Source of the DNA: the human T2T-CHM13v2.0 reference genome, Homo sapiens
Strand: one strand, 5' to 3'
Length of the DNA stretch: 64,000 nucleotides
Assembly (NCBI RefSeq): GCF_009914755.1
Contig: NC_060941.1
The position numbers and the translations under genes were made by a program. Positions 1 to 14,800 of this stretch are shown here, piece after piece; the first letter of the stretch is position 1; the number at the start of each line of letters is the position of its first letter. The notes beneath the pieces are model-generated. The model did no database searches. It was not told the origin of the DNA and worked only from the letters and a program-made list of their open reading frames with translations.

Positions 1-439
1 TGTGGAGCAAAGATTATGCAAACTGCCAGCACTTCATTGTTTTTGTTTTCGGTGTGGTTATCACAGAACAAAAACAAAAAGATAACTTCTACATCTGAAG
101 CCCCATTATTTGAAAACAGACCTGAATATTTCCTCCTCTTTCAATAAAGCAGAAAGCACCCTCCATTTTACTTATCTATGAGGTATTTATTTGTTGATAG
201 GGGACTAGTTACTATTTCTATATGAGAGCTTGACAGAGTCTATCTAAAGAAGCTATTTCCTGAGTTACTCTAGAAACCTCACACTGTTTTGATATTTGCC
301 AAAAATCCAAGATAGCGTGTTTTTTTTTTTTAATTTCTCCACCTTCCATACCCCTCAGGGCTAAAAAGAGAAAAACATGATCACAAGCATAGTAAATGGT
401 CCGTTAGCACTCTGACCTCTCTGAGTTTCTATTTGTCTT

Positions 440-1000
440 TTGTTCCTTTTTCTTTTAAATACCCTTACTGTTTATTTTTTCCTGTTTACAGAAGTAATGC
501 ATGGTCATTGTCACAATTCAAACAACACAAAGATGTATGAAATAAAAATTAATAACCTCCCCTCCTCCAAACTCTCAGTCTTCTCTCAAGGAAGCCAATG
601 TTAACAGTCTGGTATATATTCTTTTTTACTTATTCCTAGGCTTACACAAATATTTATAACATATGTGGCTTTTCTTGTTTTGTCTTTTGGTTTTCAAGCA
701 AAAATGGGATATTACATGTACTATCATGCATTTTGCCTTTTAGTCTTAAAAATATGCCATGGACACTTTCCAAGCCTATATATAGATCCACAGAATACTC
801 TTTTAGTGGCTGTGAAGTATTCCATGAGACAAATGTCCCATAATTCATTCAACCATCACCCTGAGTCTCCCAACTTATTAACATTTAGCATAGATCTTCG
901 TGCATATACTACTTCATGACCTTTCACTTCAGTGACAGATTTTTAGAAGTGAGGTTTCTAGGTCGAGTGAAACATTTCCAAGTGTCTCAAATTTTATATT
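440..1000 (-). mobile_element. Old L1M (L1ME-like) fragment
   Basis: AGAAGTAATGCATGGTCATTGT...GTATTCCATGAG...AATTCATTCAACCAT. Confidence 0.5.
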
Positions 1001-2875
1001 TAAACAAAATTAATTTTAGGCCTTGGGAATTTCTGTTCTCTTCATTATGCAAAATTTTGTTATCTACCTTTCACAATGCTTTACATATTTTATTCTTAAA
1101 AGCACACACATTATGTCAAAAAATGCCCCTGTCATTTATGCTTGTGTAGTTATAAATAAATAAATGCTTAAGTTATGGCTGTGATGTCCAGTGTTAAATC
1201 ACTGTGCAAATGCTTATGCCTTGGTTTATGAAAGTAGTAATTCATTGTGGAAACCCCACCCCCACAGCCATGTGGCAGCACTAGAGTTGCAGCCCTCACA
1301 TCCTGTGACTCCCTCCCACAGAGTGACTATATAGAGATCAGGACCTCCATTTTTTCTAATTGTCAACAGTTAACCTTAAAAAGTGTGTGGTGGGGGAGAC
1401 AAATAGCAACAAACAACAAATTGATGGCCATTTTGGGTTTCTAATATGGACAGATTATTTGTAACACAATGAATAATCCTCCTGGTCTACACCAGCGACT
1501 GTGTTCCAAAAGAAATAAAACTTGTAACCAATATATTGCTATTATTATTACAGGAACCTTTAAAAAACATATCTTCAAACATTTTTCAATAGAATTACTG
1601 GATGAATCACACTTTACATTTTTTTCTCTACTTCAGATTCAAGTTCTAATTGCAAACTTAAAAAAAAAAGCCTTAAAGAAATACATTAACCAACGAAGCT
1701 CCTTATAATTTGGTTTCAGACTCCTCCATATATTTTAAAGACCTGAGCACCAACAGAGATTGTTAAGATACAGCAAGCTTGATACAGAAGTATGCGACAT
1801 GCAATTAATCTCCATTCATACCCCGCTCTACTTGTCAGCAAACAAAGGTTCTGCTTTAGAAGGAGATCTGAAGACTTCAATTAAAAACAGTCAGCTAACA
1901 AGAAAATAATCTAAGCTAAAGGAAGGTGGCAGGTGCAGAAATGAGTTGTTTACCAAAGTGTCAGTTTTGAACAATGAAGAACTGCACATCAAAAATGCTG
2001 AAGGAATGGATTTCATTGCAAGCCTCTGAAAATAAAAAGGAATTTTCTACCAAGCCTAGACACAAAACTGAAGTATAGTTTAATAAGCTTATAAAATAGG
2101 TTTCCTCTCATCAAATGACAGATACCAATAAAAAGAATCAGTTTATATATTTCAATGCAAGGGCAGAGTTAAACTTTTTGCCACAGTCCCTTCTTTCCTA
2201 GAAACCAAAGACAATTACAGCCTTCCTTCACAAGCCTAATATTAAACCAACAACAGAGGGAAAGGCTGGATTGTTTCTTCTTAGACACCCAGATAATTCT
2301 CTTTTACCCTGCAAATAGTTTTCTACCCCCAAAATTTAGATTTATTCTGATCGTAAGTAAAACGGATTTTGGAAACCTCACCTCAAAAGAAATATCTAGC
2401 TGACAGCTTTTACATAGAAGCAATCCAGAATGGAAATAGTGCTACAGACAGAGACCAAAAGGACTTGCCAAATATTTGATTAGGAGGCATTTATACCGAG
2501 ATAACAAGGTAATGGAGATATAAAACCAATTAAATTGAGAGAAACTGAAAAAAAATACTGCTTGCCAAAAATATGACCTGCCCAAAGCAGGCCGTCTGTT
2601 AAATATGTGTCAACTATGTCAACTTAGATGCCAAAAGGCTTAATTCTGAATAGTTTCCTCCTGGGAGCCTTATGCGACTGCAGATTCCAGGCCTCTGTCC
2701 TCCCTGGAAGGTTAGTTACAGGAAAGCAAGTAAAAGTGACTTCCACCACGAAACCCAGCAGATGAAACTGCCCGTTAGCAACGTCTCTTTGTGACATCTC
2801 TTTGGAGTGTTGGCAGTGTGTGTTGAGTGTTGACGGGGATGGCCGGAACTCTTTAAACCACCGCTTAGACACTGT

Positions 2876-2931
2876 AGTTGGAAGGTGAACACACCACAAT
2901 GGGAGTTGGAAGGTGAACACACCACAATGGG
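2876..2931. repeat. Perfect 28-bp tandem duplication
   Basis: AGTTGGAAGGTGAACACACCACAATGGG x2 (2876-2903, 2904-2931). Confidence 0.95.
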
Positions 2932-3419
2932 GGCACTTCTAGAAAAGGAGGAAATCCCATACTGAGAATGAGCCTGCCTTGGGGTGGGTGAGACCCCTAG
3001 ACGTCTGCAGGGTGATAAAGGGAGGGCTGGGGTTTTCGCACTGACAAAAACTCACGTCAACCACCTGGCCTTGGCCCATGGGGATCCCATGAGCCCCTCG
3101 CAGCCCCCTGGAGAGCCTCGGGGACCTCTAAGCAGGAAGGTTTGGGGTCTTCTGTGAGAGGTGAGGAAGTCGTGGCTGGGGAAGGAGGGGGACGGGAAAC
3201 CCTACAGATGTAGGGCAGTCCTTTGGAGAAAGGGACAGGTCGGAGACCAGGCAAGGTGGCATGGGGGACCAAGAACCTGGCCTGAGGACTTTAGAAGCCG
3301 GGGAGGTGAAGTGGAGGCGTGGAGGTGCCTCAAGGCAAAAGAAGATGTGGGACTCCAGGGAGTGAAAGGGGCCCTGAGGTGAGAGGATGGAAAGCTGGCT
3401 CTAGGGAGTTGAGGGCTCT

Positions 3420-3900
3420 AGAAGCCTTAAGGTTCTAGAAGGAGGTGAGTGACGAAGCCGTAAAGAAAGCCTGGCCGTGGGAGGCCTGGTGTCCCCTTTC
3501 GGCCTTCGGCTCAGCACTGGAGGGGGCCTGCGCCAGGGCGTTACCTTCCAGGAGCCAACGGATCTCCTCAGGGAGGGCGGCGGCCTGCATTTGGCTGGGC
3601 GGGAGAGAGGCGGGACGGGGCGCGGGCCCTGGTCGGGAGGCGGACGGGCTGGAAGGCGACCCGGCTGCACCGCGAGGCACCTGTACCTCAGCCGCGGTCG
3701 CCGCCCGCCCAGCCCGGCCGCGGGGCGGGGCCGTGGGTCCCCGGGCGCGTCAGGAAGTGGCGCGGGCGGCAGGCGGGGACCGGAACGGGGCGCGGGGCGT
3801 GGGTGCACGTGGCGCTCACGCCGGAGCCCCACGGTAGAAGGATTGGGGGTGCCGGAAGCACCGCACCGTGCGAGGCCAAAGGTGCGCCCCTCCAGCACCC
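3420..3900. promoter_or_regulatory. SKAP1: CpG island / SKAP1 promoter
   Basis: Very high GC and CpG density; GC box GGGGCGGGGC 3722-3731, ETS CAGGAAGTG 3751-3759, E-box CACGTG 3806-3811, CCGGAAG ~3852; no TATA box. Confidence 0.9.
3545..3590 (-). CDS. SKAP1: SKAP1 (Src kinase-associated phosphoprotein 1 / SKAP55) coding part of exon 1, 46 nt, phase-1 intron follows
   Basis: Minus strand reads ATG(3590) CAG GCC GCC GCC CTC CCT GAG GAG ATC CGT TGG CTC CTG GAA G = MQAAALPEEIRWLLE, the known SKAP1 N-terminus, followed by donor AAG|GTAACG at 3544. Confidence 0.97.
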
Positions 3901-4632
3901 ACCAAAACAAAAGACTTCACAAGGCTCAAAGGACCCACGGCTTTGGACACTCCATCCTAAGCACCGAACAGTTGACCTCACGGTGGCAGATTTGAAAGAC
4001 CACGGGGTGCCTGAAGTAGGGTGCAGGGAGGCAGAATCCAAGGAAGAGATCCCCGTCAAGCATAGCACCCCTCAATTGCCGGTCCAGTTCACATCTCCAT
4101 CCCCAGAAAAGAGGGCAAAACTTCGCTCTTTGGGAAGCCACAATGTTGAAAGGAAATGATTAATTCCCAATAAGCAATATAAGGACACCAACATTTGGGA
4201 GAATCGCGGCAGCGTGGCAGCAAGGGACACAGGAAACCAAACTGTGCTGTTCTCCCTCAGGATGGAAAGGCCCTGAGGAAAGGAAGGGGTAACACAGGGA
4301 GAAAGCTGAGGGAGAGGAGAACAGAGCCCTTTCCCTCCAGGAGCTGCGGAAGGGAGGAAAGTGAAGGACAAAATCACACGGTCTCATTCAAGGGACAGTT
4401 GGTGTCAGTGTCCTGGTTGTGACATGGTACTGTAATAGTGCCAGATGTTACCCTTGGGGGAAACTGGGTAAAGGTAGACAGAGTTCCTCTATTATTTCTG
4501 AAACTCTCTGTGAATCTATAATTCTCAAAATAAAGAGGTTTTTTAAGTACAATAGGTCAACTGCCATGAAAAAAGTATAAAGTGCTATGGTTGATAAAAG
4601 AAGGGAGCTGAATACCAGAAAAGGAGGGAAGA

Positions 4633-4803
4633 GGCCAGGCATTGTGGCTCACACCTGTAATCACAGCACTTTGGGAGGCTGAAGCAGGAGGATCACTTGA
4701 GCCCAGGAATCTGAGGTTACAGCCAACTATGATCACCCCAGTGTACCCCAGCCTGGGCAACAGAGCAAGACCCTGTCTCTTAAAAAAGAAAGAAAATAAA
4801 AAG
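4633..4803 (+). mobile_element. Alu monomer (FAM/FRAM-like)
   Basis: Single arm with A tail. Confidence 0.8.
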
Positions 4804-5618
4804 AAGTGCCAGTGTGCATGTGAGTGTTTAAAGGTGCATGTGGTGTTTGAGATGGGCTCTGAAAAACACACCAGACTTTGAAGGGGCAGAGGACTTTCCA
4901 GGTGGAAGGACCAGAGTAAAGAAAGATGGAAGAGCCCTCACCAGCTTGAGGAATAGTTAGTAGCCCTCTTTTACTGGATGTTGTAGAAAGACTATGGTTG
5001 TCAAGATAAACTGCAGCTCTACTGTGAAGGGACTTGAAAGTCAGAATAGGAATGTTGAACTTAATTGAGAGGGCACTGGGGAGCCATTGACAATTTTTGA
5101 GATTGGGAATGACCTAACCAGAGCTCCGGGGTGGTATGTGGCCTCACACATCTCCACCTCTGCCTTTTTCCTTCTTTGTAAAAAATGGCATTTCTATTCT
5201 CAGACTCAACCTACAGAATATGTAGAAAAGATTAGGAGTGGTGGGAAAAGACACAGGGGGAAGTGGGTAAAATGGTTTTTACAACAGCCATAAGGGGAAT
5301 AATGATGGACTCAATCTAGCAGACGGGGCAAGAGCAGTAAGAAGAAACCATCGAGAAGGATGAGTGTGATAAAAGTGCCTGCCTCCTTGTACTGTTTCCC
5401 ATCCAGAGATACAGCCTCAAAGATGAGGGTGTGATCCTTTAAGGAGTACAGTGCATCCTGCCATCTGAAAAGCAGTGGTGCATTGGTTTCAGTGTCACAT
5501 GACCCACCTACAAGCTGCAGTAAATTGGGGTGAGGGGACAGAGGCTGGCATGAGCCTCTCTGGGGTATCTGGCTCCTGCTCATCCTCCTTCCTGCCCTGA
5601 GAAAGTATAGTAATGGGT

Positions 5619-6032
<414 letters not shown>

Positions 6033-8337
6033 CTAGAATCATTTTGAAGTACTTATGAGGCATACTAAAAAGCAAGGAAAGATACATGGGAACTGTCTGT
6101 GCTATCATCTCAATTTTTTTTTGGTAAATCTAAACTGTTACACAAAAAATACAGCAAGGGCAGCAAAGTCTCCCCATATGTCAACCTAAACTTTGCCTTG
6201 CTTTCCTTCTTGGCAACAGAAGAAAATTTGATAACCTCCCCCTCTTCTTCAAGGATATGGTGTCACATACTAATATAAGCTACCAGCTAATGAATTGTTT
6301 GATAAAGAGCAGTAAACCCAGGTAATTGCACTTCTTTGCAGGCTTCACTGCCTGTCATAGCTTACTTACACCAAAAACTCACAGTGTACGTATTCTATAT
6401 GCATCCTTCCTTACAAGAATCTCTGGGTTTTAGAGAGACAGGGGTAGAGGGAGGTGCACAGTCGGGTAGTATGTAGTGAGTGACTGGCAGATTCCAATAC
6501 GGTATTGTCATGTTGCATCAAGGTTCCTCATTGCAGACAGAAATCTGCCTCCACACATGAACGCAGCCCTTCCTTAATCATCTGAGGACCCTGTTTCAGC
6601 AGTCAGCCCCACTCCTAATGACATTCTGTTAAATGGACAAATTCCTTTGAAGCCTTGTCCTTTTTTGAAATCCAATTTCGCAGGAAGCCAAATCTGATTG
6701 GGGGTAGCCATGGAAACCACATGGAGGAGTCTTAGAGGAGGTGAAGAGAGGCAAGGCAAAACGTGATAGTCACGAGTCCTTTACTGTTCTGTCAGAAATA
6801 TCAAAGCAATCTGGAGAGGTTGGCAGTAGCTGAGTCCCTGCCTGGGTCCTGTTCTGTGTGGCTGGGTACTATGTGGCTGTCATGGAAGAAAGCAGCCAGC
6901 TGTCTCTGCACACAGGCAGGAGGACAGAACAGAATACACAAATCTCAGGTCTGTCTGCCTCCCTTTTCTTCCCGTCCCCCCCAGACCCAATTCCAGCAAG
7001 ATCTTAGCATCCTCTTCTTAGCTGCCTGCCCCTTAAAGACAAACAACAAAAGAATGACAAGGTTAAAATACAAGGCCCTCACAGATAAGAGGTCCTTTGG
7101 AGCAGAGGCCATGAAATTAATCTGGAATTCCTTGTAATTAGATAAGATAAGGGGATCTAAAGAGATGTAGAACAGCCAGGAATGGAGTCCAGCAGCACAA
7201 CATGCAGAAAACACACCGCCTTGTCCACCGGGACCCTTCACGCACTGTCAGCAGACAGAAGACACAGAAAATAGGGCCCATATTGGCCTCTGAGCTTCTT
7301 GGGAATGCTGTCTACATGTTCTCATGCCAGGTGGGCACTCGCTAAATAGGCATCTATGGGATGTCCAGAGGGACCAATCAGGAAGAAACAAAAGCATCTG
7401 GCACCCAGAATGGCATGCAGTGGGAACACAACTGCAAGCAAAGCAGGAGCTGGCTGGCACCGCTCTGCCCTGGCTGAAATGGGTCTGGAGAGGAAACTGC
7501 AGAGGGCAGGCTCTGAGGCTTTATTCTGAGCTGGTTATTGATCCCTGAATGCTGGGTCATGACATGTGGCGGAGCTGACGTCTGCCCTATGGATGTGCAG
7601 CCACTGCCTCTCAGCCTCTCGGTCCCAACCCCATCAACCGGGTTTATTGACTCTTTTATTGACAATGCTGGGGCCTAATGAGGCCAAGAGCTGCACACTT
7701 CATTAAGAGATGTGGAAGGAGAGATGATGCATCCTGTCGGTGCCAAGAACCAGGCTCACTGTATGTTTTGCAAGGCTCCAGAAACCAAGCATCATGCCAC
7801 CTTGAAGGCAGAGGAGATGGACATAAGATGCTAACTTGGGCACGTTACTTCAGTGGCCTAAAAATGAAGTTTCCACGGCTTGCCAGAAGCCTTGTTCTTA
7901 CCAATTAGCTAACTCTTCAACTTAGGAGGGTCCTGTTATACACACACTCACACAAATACACTTCCAATGGTCTCCCCTTCCAGCTCACACTCCTAGATTC
8001 TCTGCCTTAATACATACAACAAAATAAGCAGCTTCTCATATCACATCAGGAAACAATTCCATAAGCAGGTTCTCAGTGAGGTACAGGCTTGGAACAGTAT
8101 GAGGGACTATATAAAAACTCAAAAGAATCTTCAAAGGGAGCAAATTCAAGATAAAGGAACAGACCCAGCACTATACCCAGGGTCCCCCAGCTTACCAGGA
8201 GCTGTGCATTAGAATCAGGTACAAAGCTCTTGTAGAACTGAAAAATACCTAAGATAGATAGTTACAGCCTAGGGATCACTGAGCCACTCTACGAAGTCAT
8301 CACTGTTGGCCCTCCTCCATCTAAATAGTAATGTTTC

Positions 8338-8625
8338 ATTCCCAGCACTTTGGGAGGCCGAGGCAGGGGGATCACTTGAGGCAGGGGGATCACTTGAGGC
8401 AGGGAGTTGGAGACCAGCCTCGGCAACATAGTGAGACCCCTGTCTCTACAAAAAATTCAAAAATTTCAAAAATTAGCTGGGCATGGTGGCATAAGCCTGT
8501 AGTCCCAGCTACTCTTGAGGCTTAGGCAGGAGGATTGTTTGAGCCCAGGAGTTCGAGGTTGCCGTGCCACTGCACTCCAGCCTCGGCAACAAAGCTGAGA
8601 CCCTGTCTGAAATAAATAAATAAAT
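8338..8625 (+). mobile_element. 5'-truncated AluJ with internal 18-bp duplication
   Basis: GAGGCAGGGGGATCACTT x2 at 8360-8395. Confidence 0.88.
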
Positions 8626-9548
8626 AGTAACATTTCTTTCTTTCTTCTTTATCTTATCTATCACTCCTCTTATTATTTTTTCTCTATTGTTCCCAATCCT
8701 TTTTTTTTTTTAATCTTCTTTACCTATCCTTTAGACCACATTAGATATCCCCGTTGGGCACTGCTGAGCCCAGCAGAGGACCTGAAGACCAAAGAGGTTG
8801 CTGACTCTGACATTCTCTGTTTTTGATTGGTTCTCTTGGGGATCTGAAGTGGAGATGGGGGGACTCAGAATGTATCAGCTGTAGCCAGATGAGCTGTGCA
8901 CTCTGAGTGAGATGTGGAAACAGTCTGTGTAGCTAATCTGCATGAGAGCAGATGAGGCTAAGACTAATTTTATAGACTATAGACTATATATTTTCAGACA
9001 TAACTTTGGAAACTAGCTGGAAGAAATAGTCTTTTCTTCTGGGGGATTAAGGAGATTGAAGGTAGAAGGACAGCAATTTTCTAAAGTCGACCTGGGTTTC
9101 TTTGGTTTCTTTTCATCTGTTATTTCAAAGGTAAAAAAATTTAAGTTCCCAAACCCCTTCCTTACTTTTTATCCTTTCTTCTTCCTCACTTTACTACAGG
9201 TCTTAGAATTCAGAGTTGGAGCAGGGGGATTCAAGGTGAGAGAAGGGGCAGTTATTTAGAAGCTGGTAGAAAGCTCTCGCCTGCACTGCACATGTGCTCA
9301 TGTGCTTTGGAGGATACTGACACTAAGATGAGTGGATATTCTAACAAGAACCACCAGCATTCTCAAATACAGACAGAAACACTAGAGTCAGAGATAAAAA
9401 CAGCAATAGCTGATTATTTCGATGTAAGAAAGTGAGTAAAAATACCTTTGCCCTAGTGGATATCGTTGGTCCTCAAGATATGTTCTTTCCTTGCCTTCAG
9501 AATTGTGTCAGTGTCCATTTCATTTTTTTTCTTTCTAAATGTCTATTC

Positions 9549-9867
<319 letters not shown>

Positions 9868-9869
9868 TA

Positions 9870-11870
<2,001 letters not shown>

Positions 11871-14800
11871 TCTCATTTGATCTTTCTTACTCATTAAAGA
11901 TATATTTGAGGAGTGGCCAAGATATAGGTATCATTGGTTGCCAAGGATGAGAGTTTTCCTCTTTATCAAGCTAATCTGCCTTTAAAGAGATGAATAGAGT
12001 GTGGCCTTGGCTTCCTTGGCACCAGGCTCTAACAAATCAAGGTTATCAGATTCTCCCCACCCACCTCCAGAGATTTCCTCCCTGCCCTATCTATTCTAGA
12101 ATACTTCTAGTGTTCTCCAAACCACATGGGGGAAACACTGATCTGGAAGGCGTGAGATATTAACACCTCTTTTCACTTATTGCAGCAAAAACAAAGTTTT
12201 CACTATAAATAAAGACCCTGCAAAGAACCAATCAGAAAGAAGATCATATCCTAGGAGTCTGTAGTCCCTTTAGTCTGGAGAGCTGCCAGCAGGGCTAAGC
12301 TCTACAGAAGGGCTGGGGTTGTGGCAGACGGACACGACTTGGGGAGTGTGTGGGAGGGTTGATGGCCTAGAGATGAGGCTAGTGAGAAAGAAAAAGGGAA
12401 AAGAGAGTGAATGAGAAGTTGAATGAAAAGATAAATAAGTGGAGAAATAGAAAACATCATAAAGAAGTCTTCATAGTTTGAAGGATTAGAAACTAAATCA
12501 AACAGATCCACTTCATTTCCTGAATTGTAATTTCAGGCTATACCATGTTCTACCTCCAAGGACAATTGAGTAGCTTCAGGGAATGGCTGTAAATTCCTAA
12601 AGAAAAGTGCCTTGTGGATCAAGCTGTTCCTATCTGCTGCTGTACTTTTTAGCATCTGCACTTTCAACACAATGACACTTCTTATTGAGTAATATGTGAT
12701 ATTTTGCATCATGAGACTATTGATGCAGAATTTCCTTTTTCAGAGCTCAATATTCCAATCAAAGCCTGTTGCATCACATCACTGAGGCCATCCACTTAAT
12801 GACAAATTGTAAGATGCATATTGCAGAATATTCATGTTCATTTTATGCTCACAGTGCTTGAAATCTCCTCTAAACAGCCTCTGCTCTCAGCCTATTAAGG
12901 TGCCCGTGTTATCTACACTTCATTCAATGGTGTGGAAATAATTGTCTTGAGACGAAAGAAAAAATTGATGGTCACAAGCCAAGTCAGCACTTGTGTTCTT
13001 TTCTTACTCTGTTGAATCTGGTGTTATTTACCTCTTCCAACACCTGGGACTCCTGATAAGTCACTCCCATGATAGCTTTTTCCAGGACAGTGCTATGGGG
13101 TCTTTAGAATAAGTAGGGATCCTTCATAAGCTATATTGTTATCAGCACAATTCATGCAGCTACCAGATGTGCAAAATAGAAACCACCAAGGGCATTCAGG
13201 CAAAGGGGGCTTCCCCAGCTCCATATGGCCACTATGACATGTGCTCATGAGTTGGAGGAGGAATCAGAGAAAAAATGAGATGCACTAAACATGAGGGCCT
13301 GTGTTCTTGCGAGAAAATGCTTATATTCTGACAATGTTGGGGCCCTTTTTTACTGCCCTTCATCTGCTATCCCAGCACCTGCACCCTATAGCCTGACTCC
13401 CTACAAACCTGGCTCTACTAAAAAGACCTTCCTGTTAGAGACAGGTGGGCCCTTTTCTTCATCTCTTCCCCTTCCTCTTATCTCTGGGACGAAGCACCAG
13501 GACGCGGGCTGGTGGAGGAGAGCAATTGCCCCTGGCAGCTGATAGTTCAGCAATGCGGCCTGCGACTTTGCCTTTAAATATCAACCACATGCACAGAAAA
13601 CACCCTGGCAGCCTGAGAGGTTTCCATGGTGACAGAATGCAGGCCATGACCTCTGTAAATGTAATCAGAGCACTGGGATTGGTGTGCAAGACAGGTTTAA
13701 TTTCTCCTGCAATGGAAGCTCTGTGGTCCTGGCCCTACATAGGCTTCATACGTTGACAGACAACCTGTTTATCTCCACCAGGGCAGCTCTACATATGGCA
13801 GTTCCCTCTGCCCCAGAGCTGCTTCCTCTACTGTCTGAGCAGGCTGCAGGATGTAGAAGGTCACTGAGGACTGGGACAACAGTCATATCAATATCTGGCA
13901 TCCTTGCGCAGTGTCCTTGGGAGGTGAGACTGTCCCTTATACAAAGAGCAGCTGTGGCGTAAGGGTCTGACCAAGGACTCAGAAGATTGGCCAAGGTTTT
14001 CATCCCTGCTGTGCCACCAACCTTGTGACCTAGGGCAAGTCATTTAACCTCCAACTTTCAACATCTTCACTCCAAGGAGAAAATGCCTGGGAAAGGGAAG
14101 GCCAAGGGCTTCCAAAGTCCGCAATTTAAGATGGTACCCAATAATGGTTAATGTGAGGATCCTCCCACCCTCAGTGGACTCATACCCCAAGAAATGAATG
14201 CTAGTCACTGGTGTCAGTGCTGCCAGTGGTGAGGGGAAGGCTCACTGTGGGAGAGGCTCAGCAGGACTTCCCCACCTCTATCCTGAATTGGAACAAAACC
14301 AGGATGCATTTTTTCTAAGCCAGCCCAGAGTAGTAGACTAGAGTTTTGCACTAAACTGACAGGAAACAGACAGAGGCTCAGAGGGAAATGTAGCTGCATC
14401 AAAGGAGGACCCCACAGCCTCTTTCCTTAAACTCCATGCAACCTCAGCAAAGAGTTTCTTTGGTCACTTGGATGCTAGCACCCCGATTCCATTTCTAATT
14501 CACATGAGATGCTGGCCGACTTCAGTTGCCAGTTATCCTGCTTCTCTGATTCTTTCACTTTTCCAGTATAGTGTTCTAAAAAACAAAAACAAAAACCAAA
14601 CAAACAAACAAAAAAAGATTTGGACTAAGATGAGATTCATAGGGTTGCATGAAACATTTTTCTTCCCAGAGGGAGCTGGTCCATAAGATTCCCCTTGCAG
14701 AATGAGATTCAACAAGGAATCTCAGAATTTCAGAGCTGGAAGGAACTTTAGAAACCCTTTTACCTACAGAGAGAAACCTGAGGGACTAGCCTGGATGTCC

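Larger units (their letters stand above)
1..3544 (-). other. SKAP1: SKAP1 intron 1 (5' part; continues beyond window start)
   Basis: Follows the GT donor at 3544; no exon-2 sequence (DAEEFLAEGL...) seen in 1-3544. Confidence 0.9.

Noticed and set aside
3591-3680. In-frame GTG-initiated 30-aa N-terminal extension of SKAP1
   Set aside because: Near-cognate codon in poor context, possibly upstream of the transcription start; no evidence from sequence alone
3401-4159. Several long overlapping ORFs (118-172 aa) on both strands
   Set aside because: Stop-poor GC-rich CpG-island sequence; only the MQAAALPEEIRWLLE segment is recognisable and it ends at a splice donor
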